From Candidatus Hodarchaeum mangrovi (GTDB lineage Archaea > Asgardarchaeota > Heimdallarchaeia > Hodarchaeales > Hodarchaeaceae), in assembly GCA_016839515.1 (NCBI GenBank), contig JAEOUE010000217.1, positions 1-21,068 of the forward strand: 21,068 bases of DNA, read 5' to 3'. The translations under genes were made by a program, and so were the position numbers. The notes under the pieces are model-generated. The model did not search any database, was not told the origin of the DNA, and saw only the letters and a program-made list of their open reading frames with translations. Shown piece after piece: positions 7,619-16,477 of this stretch (position 1 is the first letter of the stretch; each line of letters starts with the position of its first letter).

Positions 7619-8398
7619 TTAGAGGGTTGTCTTTTGAATGAGCTCTAAAAGGGCTTGATGAACTGATTCTGGTGCAGCTATTAAATTTTGTGAACTTATC
7701 GAAAATTTTTTACCGTTAAAATCACTTACTTTCCCTTTTGCTTCTTCTACTATTAAAGTTCCTGCTAAAATATCCCATGAATTTACTCCTGGCATGAAAA
7801 AACCACCAGTACGAGCTGCAGCAACATAAGATAATTCTAAGGCTGCTGCACCAATCTGTCGAATTCTATTATTTTTTAGTTTTAAGTTCTGGTATATTTG
7901 GATAAGTATCTTACGAGATTCGATATCTCTACCATTACAAAAGGTAATCACAGATTTTTCAATGTCTTTTTGATTATCAACAATTATGGGTTTATTATTA
8001 AGAAAAGCTCCTTTTCCTCTTATAGCCCAGAACAGTTCATCTTGTATAGGTGAATAGATTACCCCAACTTGGGCGACTCCTTTTAACAAAACGCAAATTG
8101 AAACTCCAAAGAAGGGATTACAAATTGAGAAATTTGTTGTTCCATCAAGGGGATCAATGATCCATTGGTAATTAGATGATGTTTTTTTCTTCGTACTTTC
8201 TTCACTTATAATAGAATGGGAAGGAAATGTTTTTTCAATCTCCGTTCGTAAAAAGCGATCAGCTTCCAAGTCCGCCTCAGTTACTAAACTAGAATCTGAT
8301 TTATAGATTAAGGTGTTCTTTTTGCAATAATACTTCTTCAATAAATCTCCAGTGTTTCTAGCTAATTTTTTAGCAATTTTAGGAATATCTTGTTCCAT
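7619..8398 (-). CDS. suhB: Inositol monophosphatase family (IMPase/FBPase, SuhB-like)
   Basis: LVTEAD, SEE, WIIDPLDGTTNF, GAAALEL, WDILAG..IVEEAKG motifs. Confidence 0.92.
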   Translation of the reverse strand: MEQDIPKIAKKLARNTGDLLKKYYCKKNTLIYKSDSSLVTEADLEADRFLRTEIEKTFPSHSIISEESTKKKTSSNYQWIIDPLDGTTNFSICNPFFGVSICVLLKGVAQVGVIYSPIQDELFWAIRGKGAFLNNKPIIVDNQKDIEKSVITFCNGRDIESRKILIQIYQNLKLKNNRIRQIGAAALELSYVAAARTGGFFMPGVNSWDILAGTLIVEEAKGKVSDFNGKKFSISSQNLIAAPESVHQALLELIQKTTL

Positions 8399-8953
8399 CT
8401 AGACCGAACTCATTTTTAAAAATTGAACCACTTCTGTAACAGCTTCCTCAAGTACCCCATTATTTTTCACAATTAAATCAGGACTCGGCATTTCAATATC
8501 CATTTTCATACGTGCCTTTCTTTCCTGCAATCCATCATTTTGTCGATTTCTGTTACTTATTCTCTGAGTGGCTATTTCTACAGCTACTTCTATTAGAATA
8601 ATTTTACACTTTGGATACTTATTCCGTGCAGTGGAAAGAATGGTTCTGGAAACATTGACAAAAACTAGGAAATCCTTTCTCAGATAATCCTCAAGTTCTA
8701 TTGGGCAACCATAATATTTTCCATAGACATACCAATCTAATGCAAATTTTCCTTCTTCCTTATATTTCAGAAATTCTTCTTCAGAGATAGATGTGAAAGG
8801 TTCACTAGGATGAGGAGGTCGGGTTATCCACCGTTTAAGAACGTGAACTCTAAAATCTTCTTGAACAAGGATTTCTGCAGTTTTTAACATAATTGAGTCC
8901 TTACCACTACCAGAGTTTCCTACAAAAAAGCAAAGTTTCTCGGAATTCAACAT
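8399..8953 (-). CDS. phnN: Ribose 1,5-bisphosphate phosphokinase PhnN-like (guanylate-kinase fold)
   Basis: P-loop VGNSGSGKDS, RWITRP, FALDW..YG..YG.P and VNVSR are PhnN-type rather than Gmk-type (no TTR-x-PR). Confidence 0.8.
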   Translation of the reverse strand: MLNSEKLCFFVGNSGSGKDSIMLKTAEILVQEDFRVHVLKRWITRPPHPSEPFTSISEEEFLKYKEEGKFALDWYVYGKYYGCPIELEDYLRKDFLVFVNVSRTILSTARNKYPKCKIILIEVAVEIATQRISNRNRQNDGLQERKARMKMDIEMPSPDLIVKNNGVLEEAVTEVVQFLKMSSV

Positions 8954-8962
8954 TTAGAGAGA

Positions 8963-9685
8963 TCAATTCCTCTTTTTCTTCTCAATGGTGATTTTTCCAG
9001 ATTCTTCACCAATATATGCGGTGGAAATCATTTGAATGAAGAAACCAGTTTCCAAAACTCCTGGGATCGCTTTTAACTTTGCATTAAGAGATTCTGGATT
9101 CTCAATCAATCCAAAGTTCACATCAACAATAAAATTACCATTATCTGTTATGACAGGTCCTAGTTTCTTAATCCCTTGTCTAAGAGTGGGTTTACCTCCT
9201 AATTGGATGAATTTTGTCATAAGTGGTTTAAAAGCGATTGGATGTATCTCAATGGGTACACCATTCTTCCAATTAGTTCCCAAATTGAATGACCTCTTTT
9301 TATAATCCAAAACAACGATGAAATTATTTGTATTTGATGCAACGATCTTTTCTTGTAATAAACAGCCACCACCACCCTTAATAGCATTTAAATGGCTATC
9401 AATCTCATCGACACCATCAATTACTATATCTAATTCAGGATATTCTGTTAAAGATCCTAATTTCAGTTTATTTTGTGTTATAAGTTGGGAAGACTGATGA
9501 GAAGTTGGAATACATACGATATCTAATCCCCCTAATTCTCTATTCATTTGTCCCATCATATTTATTGCATAAATAATGGTTGATCCACTTCCCACTCCTA
9601 CTACCATTCCCTCTTCTAAGTTATCTTTGACAGCTTGCTCAGCAACAGTTTTTTTAATTCGCTCTAAGAGTTTTCCATTAACCAT
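8963..9685 (-). CDS. rpiA: Ribose-5-phosphate isomerase A
   Basis: GVGSGST, IDGVDE, IKGGGG..QEK, TDNGN, PGVLETGFF. ATG 9685 follows an SD-like GTGAA. Confidence 0.96.
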   Translation of the reverse strand: MVNGKLLERIKKTVAEQAVKDNLEEGMVVGVGSGSTIIYAINMMGQMNRELGGLDIVCIPTSHQSSQLITQNKLKLGSLTEYPELDIVIDGVDEIDSHLNAIKGGGGCLLQEKIVASNTNNFIVVLDYKKRSFNLGTNWKNGVPIEIHPIAFKPLMTKFIQLGGKPTLRQGIKKLGPVITDNGNFIVDVNFGLIENPESLNAKLKAIPGVLETGFFIQMISTAYIGEESGKITIEKKKRN

Positions 9686-9734
9686 TAGCTTCACTGTTAA
9701 CTAAATATCTCAAGGAGAAAAAATAAAAAGATTA

Positions 9735-11486
9735 TTAATTAATTTTCCTTTCTTCCTCCTTTAAAGCACGACGTAATACTTTACCAACTTGAGTCAAAGG
9801 TAATTCACTTCTGATTTCTATAAAATCTTCTGAATGGGGTTGTTTATACTTTACTAGCTTCTTTTGACAATATTCTAGGATTTCTGTTTTAGTAAGCTCA
9901 CTTCCTTGTTTAGGGACGACAAAAATCTTCACTGTTTCGCCTACTTTTTCGTGCGGAACCCCAATACAGGCTGCATTAATAATTTTAGGATGAGCAATTA
10001 ACACTTCTTCGATTTCACGAGGATATGCTTTAAATCCACCGACATCAATCATATCTTTCTTACGATCAGTTATATAGAAGTAAAAATCTTTATCATACTT
10101 TCCTATGTCTCCAGTTAGGAAGAAACGCTTTCCATCAATTATCCGTATTACTTCAGATGTTTCTTTCTCTTTTTTATAATATCCTGCAAAAACCTGTGGA
10201 CCTGCTATAGCAATTTCACCCTCCTCATCAATACCTAATTGTTTGGTTCCAGTTTCTAGATCTAGAATAAGTACATCAGTATCAGGTAAAGGTAAACCAA
10301 TAGATCCTTCTTTTTTAAAGGGAACCTCTCCTCTAGGAGGAGCTGCCATTGGAATAATATGGGTAACTGGTGAGGTTTCTGTTAGTCCATACCCTTCTGC
10401 AAGATTTGCTCCTGTGACAGCTTCGAACTCTCTGAGCACAGCTAGTGGAAGAGGGGCAGCTCCTGAGCTACTAGTTACTAAGGAGCTTAAATCATATTTC
10501 TTAAGATCAGGATGATTTAATAAAGCAATATATAAAGTAGGAACGGTATTAAAGAGTTGGACTTTATATTTTGAGACTAGATAAAGAATTTGAGTAAATT
10601 TATTTTCTCTGGGGTCTAGCATTAATATTAATGTTCCTGCAAAATACATACACAAGTTCATACTTGTTGTTGCACCATAAGAATGGTAAAATGGTAAAGA
10701 GCCGATTCCTACTAAACTACCTCTTTCTAGTGGCGGATACATCCATACTGAACATTGATAGACATTACTTACTAGATTTCCTTGGGTTAGCATCGCAGCT
10801 TTTGGGGTCCCTGTTGTCCCTCCCGTAAACATTAGGACAGCTAGATCATCAGGAAGAACTTTAATAATGGGTCGATCCTTGGCTTGATATTGTCTGATGA
10901 TCTCATATAAGTACACATCACGAGGATCTTTTACGCTAATTTTTCCCATTTTTTTACCTAAAACGCTTTTATATCCTTTCAAATATTGAGTAACAGACGC
11001 TACAACAATAAACTCTAAAGAGGTTTTTCCCTCATCTCTAACTTTCTTACATACCTCATAAGGTTGAGTTGCGGGAGAAATCATATCAGCACAGACAATT
11101 CCTCGAGCTTCACTTTGGATTAATTGTCCTTCTAACTCACTAGCGGGATATTGAAAATTTAATGAAACAACAACTGCTCCTGCTTTCAATATTCCATAAT
11201 AAGCTACAACAAACTCTACCATATTCGGTAAAAAGACTGCTATTTTGTCCTTTGGTTTTATTCCTTTTGATACTAAGAATGCAGCGAATTTATCAGACTG
11301 TTCACCTAGTTCTTTATAGGTAAGTTTGGCAATTTTATCAAAGCTCATTGTCTCGAGAATTAAAGCATCACGATGAGGAAAATCGCGTACTGCTACATCC
11401 ATTAGTTCATAAAGGGCTATATTGGGATAATCCATATGTTTTGGAACTTTTTCGGGATAGAGGGGAATATTTTCGGGAGAAACCAT
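9735..11486 (-). CDS. fadD: Long-chain fatty acid--CoA ligase (ANL adenylating family)
   Basis: FTGGTTGTPK AMP loop, EGYGLTETSP, TGDIG, DRKKDMI, GKVLRR. Confidence 0.93.
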   Translation of the reverse strand: MVSPENIPLYPEKVPKHMDYPNIALYELMDVAVRDFPHRDALILETMSFDKIAKLTYKELGEQSDKFAAFLVSKGIKPKDKIAVFLPNMVEFVVAYYGILKAGAVVVSLNFQYPASELEGQLIQSEARGIVCADMISPATQPYEVCKKVRDEGKTSLEFIVVASVTQYLKGYKSVLGKKMGKISVKDPRDVYLYEIIRQYQAKDRPIIKVLPDDLAVLMFTGGTTGTPKAAMLTQGNLVSNVYQCSVWMYPPLERGSLVGIGSLPFYHSYGATTSMNLCMYFAGTLILMLDPRENKFTQILYLVSKYKVQLFNTVPTLYIALLNHPDLKKYDLSSLVTSSSGAAPLPLAVLREFEAVTGANLAEGYGLTETSPVTHIIPMAAPPRGEVPFKKEGSIGLPLPDTDVLILDLETGTKQLGIDEEGEIAIAGPQVFAGYYKKEKETSEVIRIIDGKRFFLTGDIGKYDKDFYFYITDRKKDMIDVGGFKAYPREIEEVLIAHPKIINAACIGVPHEKVGETVKIFVVPKQGSELTKTEILEYCQKKLVKYKQPHSEDFIEIRSELPLTQVGKVLRRALKEEERKIN

Positions 11487-11700
11487 GCATTTTGCCTTCT
11501 TCTTAAAATTTGAAATATAATAGAAACCAGATTAATTAAATTTTTTTACGAAACTCAATTCTTCCTAAATTTCATATCTAGCTCTATTTCAACGCTTTTC
11601 TTTTTATATTCTTTACTATCAATATTTTCGATTTAGAAGCTCGAATATATAAATTCAATTCATTCTACATTGTTATTTTTAGGAAAATTATGATATTTTC

Positions 11701-12339
11701 TTACTTTCTAGTCGAAGAACCACAGTTGGAGCAATACCGCTCATCTGGGTTAATCCTATCACCACATGTTCGGCAATAGGAAGAATAAGATGAGGAAAAC
11801 TCTCCTTTATCATATTCTTGTTGATATAAAGAAGTATCACCAATTGATTCAAGAAAAGCTTCTCGTGCTATTCTTGCTTGTTTTGCTTGATGAGGCCCTT
11901 TAACGAAGAATTGTCTTAGTAAACATACCATAATAACAAGCGGGATTATAAAAAATAGGGGTGTAAAGATTAATAAAATTTCAGGTCCTGGACCCATAGA
12001 AGGTCCAGGAGTATTATTCCAGAGATCGATAAATTGAAGAAGAACAAAAACCATCAAAAATGTTCCCCCTAGAAATACAATGATAAACATAAAGGGACAA
12101 ATGAAACCCATTCGCCTCATTCCATCCCCAGCTCTCTCCATATTATCATAATAACATATTGGGCAGAGAGTATGTTTTTCACTATATGAATCTGAAACCA
12201 TATCATGATCTATGTCAGAAGTGGTGTAGGGTGTTTGATAGACCTTTTTACATTCTAAACAAATAAAAGCTGAACAATTTTCACATTTATCAATTGCATC
12301 CCGATTCGAATGATATCTACAAGAAAATCCAGTACTCAT
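11701..12339 (-). CDS. B-box-like zinc finger, two TM helices and C-terminal zinc ribbon
   Basis: CRYH-x8-CENC-x4-CLEC...CPIC; two hydrophobic segments; CRTCG-x9-CSNCG at the C-terminus. Confidence 0.75.
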   Translation of the reverse strand: MSTGFSCRYHSNRDAIDKCENCSAFICLECKKVYQTPYTTSDIDHDMVSDSYSEKHTLCPICYYDNMERAGDGMRRMGFICPFMFIIVFLGGTFLMVFVLLQFIDLWNNTPGPSMGPGPEILLIFTPLFFIIPLVIMVCLLRQFFVKGPHQAKQARIAREAFLESIGDTSLYQQEYDKGEFSSSYSSYCRTCGDRINPDERYCSNCGSSTRK

Positions 12340-12398
12340 AAAAGATCAATTGAAATAGAACTTCTTACCACAAAAAGGTTTCTATTATCTACCATAAT

Positions 12399-13952
12399 TT
12401 ATTCAACAATATCCTTATAACAATCCTTTGGATAGAAATTATTTTCCGTGATTTCATGATTTGAATACCAAACTTGAGCAAAGAAGGGATTTCTTTTTGC
12501 TTCTTCATCATAATTCCAAGGTGGAGGAAGGCATTCAGGACACCAATGACCCGCTTTTAAGATTGTATAAACCTTGCTTTCAAAATAGTGACCACTAGCA
12601 CATTTCCATTTTATTTTTTGATATAAATCTCCATTCCATGATCCTGATAGACATTCACCACCCCTAAAAGCAGCTGCTTTTTGTAAATCATTTAGATCTA
12701 GCTGTATTTTCTCCTCATCATAACCATGATCAAGGCGGATCCATTCTAATTTGCTAGAATCAAGTTCAGGCAGATCAACTCCCCAATCAGGAATTGCTTC
12801 ATAGGTGGCGTAATCCTTGTAAAACGCGGAAATTCGCATATCATTCCTAGTTTTATACCAATATTCTGTTCCATTTTTTGATTCGGAGACCATTTCCCGA
12901 AATTTCTTATACATGGCACGTTCAATTCTTTTTTGAATGAAAGGAATCCTTGAACATATCCAACTAAGAAGTTTCATCCCAATAGACCGCTGATCTGTCA
13001 ATCGTTGATAGTAATCTTCGTTTGATTCCCTCCAATTATGGATATAATTATTGAGAACATATGAATCTTCAAAATATTGCATATGAAAATTTCTTAATGC
13101 AAACCATCTTCTTTCAGTTACTTTTTCAAGTCTTAATCCATTAATGGCAAGAGCTCGGTTTAACATCTCATAGAAAGTAGTTCGACAACTGGATCCCCCA
13201 CCCATATTGTATACGCGTTTCCAGAAATTAGAATCCTCAGGAATTTCTAGACAATTAATTAATCCTCTTCCTGCATCCTCTTTGGTGTTATTCTCCATGA
13301 AAGAATTTATTGGTTGATGAAACATAATTGGATCAAGAAGATCATCTGTTGTCATTATGAATGTTTGACGGAGTGAAGCCCAGTGTTGAATATTGGATTC
13401 TAAAACGGCTCTTTCTCCTGCGATTTTTGTTACAGCGTAGAAATCAAATATCGAGGGTTTTAAAGGATCTCCCACTCGTCCCACATGGATTGAAGGTAAT
13501 CTATCCCCTGTTTCAGCCACTGTACCGATGTAAATGAGTTTAATTTTCTCCTTCCCATTCGGTTGTGATTCAATAGCCTTAATGATATGCTGTACTGCTG
13601 TTGTATTGACTGCTTTTGCCATTTCAGGATTATGATCAGCTGCTGGAGAGATAAATGCCATCGGACAAAGACACCAATCAATGTTTTTACATGCTTCTTC
13701 AACATCTGGATAATAAGTTGCATCTCCCCAAACTATTTTCAATCCATTCCCTTCTACTATTCCTTTTCCAGTTATTGGGATAATATTACATTTCTTTTCA
13801 TACTTTCTAAAGAGTTCTTTGTTTTTCTGAGAAGGTCGTTGGAGCAATATGATATCATACATCTCTCTTTTTTCCCAAAGATTTTTGAAGGCTTCAAAGC
13901 CCATGGAACCAGAAGCACCAGCTAAAAATACTCTTTGCTTTTTCAATACCAT
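12399..13952 (-). CDS. Extended SDR (NAD-dependent epimerase/dehydratase) with C-terminal zinc-ribbon domain
   Basis: GASGSMG, WGD, YAVTK; C-terminal RGGECLS...WKCASGH...GHWCPEC. Start is ATG 13952 or TTG 13946. Confidence 0.85.
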   Translation of the reverse strand: MVLKKQRVFLAGASGSMGFEAFKNLWEKREMYDIILLQRPSQKNKELFRKYEKKCNIIPITGKGIVEGNGLKIVWGDATYYPDVEEACKNIDWCLCPMAFISPAADHNPEMAKAVNTTAVQHIIKAIESQPNGKEKIKLIYIGTVAETGDRLPSIHVGRVGDPLKPSIFDFYAVTKIAGERAVLESNIQHWASLRQTFIMTTDDLLDPIMFHQPINSFMENNTKEDAGRGLINCLEIPEDSNFWKRVYNMGGGSSCRTTFYEMLNRALAINGLRLEKVTERRWFALRNFHMQYFEDSYVLNNYIHNWRESNEDYYQRLTDQRSIGMKLLSWICSRIPFIQKRIERAMYKKFREMVSESKNGTEYWYKTRNDMRISAFYKDYATYEAIPDWGVDLPELDSSKLEWIRLDHGYDEEKIQLDLNDLQKAAAFRGGECLSGSWNGDLYQKIKWKCASGHYFESKVYTILKAGHWCPECLPPPWNYDEEAKRNPFFAQVWYSNHEITENNFYPKDCYKDIVE

Positions 13953-14077
13953 CACATAAATCCAAAAATCACTATATACTCCCTTAAAACCTAATTTCTA
14001 GAAAATATTTAATAATATAATATTCATAAATTTATTTCTTAACCTAAATAAGAGACAAGGTATAAGGATTATCTATT

Positions 14078-15058
14078 ATGCCAATGATGACTTGTGATGC
14101 GAAATGCCTTACCTGTTATTATGAAAAAGGCCGCCGCTCCAATTTTGGTATGAATGACATTATTTGGTTCTGTCCTGCCTGTAAAAGAGATTATTTCTGT
14201 GAAATAGGATTAACACAGGGATATGACCGAAATAATCAAATTATTTACTCGTGTCCGCATTGTAATACTCTATTAAAACAACAAGAAGTTGATAAGATTA
14301 TTATTGCCAAAAGCAATGATAAACTGAGGAAGAAAGAGGATTCCCACGAACTTTATCAAAAGGTTATGAATACAAAAGAAAAAACCAGTGGACTATTTAG
14401 AAGAAGGAAAACATCAGAAAAGACAATCACTGAGTTAGAACGGTCACAAATCAGTGAATTAACAGACAATCCAAATCTTTCTGTACCCATAATATTAGAA
14501 ATTGCTAAAAGCTTTTATCAGCTTTCAGTCGATGATGAAAAAGCCTATCAATCCCCATTTATGCTATTAAATTATTTTGCATCGAAAAATACTGATCTAG
14601 TCCCTCTTCTCTACTCCTCAATTTGTCAAAATGAAGATACTCATGCTGCATTAATTATTCGTTTCACAGTTTTTTGCCATAAATGGAATTATAACAAAAT
14701 CGATATAGGATCAAAATCAACTGATGATATCTATGATATTAGACTCTCTAAAGATAATGAAGAGATTCTAGTTTTTTGTTCGGAGAAACATTTAGATGTT
14801 GATACGCTAGAAGCATTTCTTAGACGACCCTTTTCGTTAAACTTTAAGGATTTTCCCAAAGTTACACAGATTTTTTTTGTTGCCAAATCTTTTTCATATG
14901 TCTCAAGGGAGATGATTAAAAAATATCATTCTGCTCTAACAGCACGAGACAAAGAACTACAAGTTTTATCTAAAGGTATGACCTGGGAAATTATTCCTCT
15001 TCGGCTCTGGAAGGAAAAACCTCATGAAATAGAATTTATAGAACTACTATTAAAATAA
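14078..15058 (+). CDS. Eight-cysteine zinc-finger protein with a C-terminal Mrr/restriction-endonuclease-like domain, probably degenerate
   Basis: Cys at residues 6, 10, 13, 32, 35, 41, 59, 62. C-terminal YDIRLSKDNEEILVFCS...IFFVAKSFS...IIPLRLW follows the Mrr_cat pattern, recognised by eye. Confidence 0.55.
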   Translation: MPMMTCDAKCLTCYYEKGRRSNFGMNDIIWFCPACKRDYFCEIGLTQGYDRNNQIIYSCPHCNTLLKQQEVDKIIIAKSNDKLRKKEDSHELYQKVMNTKEKTSGLFRRRKTSEKTITELERSQISELTDNPNLSVPIILEIAKSFYQLSVDDEKAYQSPFMLLNYFASKNTDLVPLLYSSICQNEDTHAALIIRFTVFCHKWNYNKIDIGSKSTDDIYDIRLSKDNEEILVFCSEKHLDVDTLEAFLRRPFSLNFKDFPKVTQIFFVAKSFSYVSREMIKKYHSALTARDKELQVLSKGMTWEIIPLRLWKEKPHEIEFIELLLK

Positions 15059-15065
15059 AAAAAAA
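15057..15065 (-). terminator. Oligo-T (T9) tract, candidate archaeal terminator for tldD-pmbA
   Basis: A9 on the plus strand, 11 nt past the pmbA stop, in the convergent junction. Confidence 0.4.
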
Positions 15066-15076
15066 GGGTATTTCAC

Positions 15077-16477
15077 CTAAATTACTAAAGATAGCCCATC
15101 AATGACTAGACTGGGTGTTTCAACTCCGAAGGGAGTTACTTTTAGATTTCCACCGATCTGACGAATACTTTTTAATCCTGTATAAAAACTACCGGCAACT
15201 GAGACAGCTTTTAAAGGAGTCTTAAGTTCTCCATTTTCAATTAAGAACGCTGCATTGGCCACTGCAGAAAATTCTCCAGTTGATACATTGCTATGAAATA
15301 TTCCCATTGGCATTTCTTTAATATAAACACCTCTATCAATCTGAGAGATTAATTCCTCTTCTGAAAACTTCTTGGGTTCTACTAGAAAATTAGTTGCAAC
15401 AACAGCTGGTGACTCCTCATAAGGCAAACTACTAGGAAATATTCCACCACCTCGGGTACAATTACCTGTTGAATTTGTCCCAAAAATCTTTGCATAATAA
15501 TGATTAAAAAGAAAACTTTTGAGAACACCATTTTCAACAATATTAGTCTTTTGTTGTGGAATGCCCTCAGCATCGATTGCATGTGTATAGGCTCCAGTAG
15601 GATTCTGACCATCATCAAGAAGGGTGAAATCAGTCACAGCTACTTGATCTCCTATACGATCTGCAAGTGGAGACAATCCTTCTACAATATTACTTCCGTT
15701 TGATCCTGCACCAATTCCAGCCCGAATAAAGCAAGCTGAAGCCATATTATCCCAAACCGTAGGCAAAGATGTTGTTTCATTCAGAATCTTTCCGTTCAAC
15801 AATTTAACTGCTTTTCGTGCTGCTATCTCACCAAATCCTTGAATTTCAGGAATCTTCTCACGAGAAATGGCATATTCATAAGCATCTTTCCGATCATCTC
15901 CCTCAACAGCTTGGCAATAAAAAGAGGCTCCAGAGGAAGTTATTCGACTCGCTCTTTGAACACCATTTGAGTTGCCAACAGCAAAACCCCCCCAAAAGAT
16001 TCCCATTGAAAATCCAGTCATTTTTATTCGTTCATCAACCTGTTTAGCTTCATCTATCACTTGTTGAGACATAGGGAGAAGGTCAACTGCAGAGGAGATT
16101 ATTATATCATTTGATAAAATACCTTCAACTCCTCCTGGAATTGGATCAGGAAAGGATTGAAATCGTGAATCAGTTATTTTCAAGACGTCATTAAATGCTA
16201 ATGCTTCCTTTATATTAGCTTTTATTCGCTCTAGATCTACTCCACTTGATGAAGAAAAGCTGATTTTCTTTTCTTTCACTCCACCAACTACACGAATAGC
16301 ATTTCCAGCAATAATTCCGTCTGAACTCTCAACCACTCCCTGAGTTATATCTACACCAGATTTGTGTGCATAAAATAAATAGATTTCGTAAGCTACTTTT
16401 GAATCAAGTCCATGAGCATATTTTAATGCAGAATCAACAGTTGATAATAGCTCAGAATTTAAATTATCGAATTCCAT
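15077..16477 (-). CDS. pmbA: TldE/PmbA family protein
   Basis: DAEG, ENGVLKSFL, STGN, TGEFS and IENGE motifs; no HExxxH motif. Confidence 0.9.
   Translation of the reverse strand: MEFDNLNSELLSTVDSALKYAHGLDSKVAYEIYLFYAHKSGVDITQGVVESSDGIIAGNAIRVVGGVKEKKISFSSSSGVDLERIKANIKEALAFNDVLKITDSRFQSFPDPIPGGVEGILSNDIIISSAVDLLPMSQQVIDEAKQVDERIKMTGFSMGIFWGGFAVGNSNGVQRASRITSSGASFYCQAVEGDDRKDAYEYAISREKIPEIQGFGEIAARKAVKLLNGKILNETTSLPTVWDNMASACFIRAGIGAGSNGSNIVEGLSPLADRIGDQVAVTDFTLLDDGQNPTGAYTHAIDAEGIPQQKTNIVENGVLKSFLFNHYYAKIFGTNSTGNCTRGGGIFPSSLPYEESPAVVATNFLVEPKKFSEEELISQIDRGVYIKEMPMGIFHSNVSTGEFSAVANAAFLIENGELKTPLKAVSVAGSFYTGLKSIRQIGGNLKVTPFGVETPSLVIDGLSLVI

Noticed and set aside
7619-8398. IMPase-family gene as HisN histidinol-phosphatase
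   Set aside because: Its context is pentose-phosphate genes, its motifs fit SuhB/IMPase, and a HisJ-type PHP enzyme is present at the window end.
11555-11632. 25-residue minus-strand frame IENIDSKEYKKKSVEIELDMKFRKN in the fadD upstream region
   Set aside because: No canonical start or SD, and the length is expected by chance.
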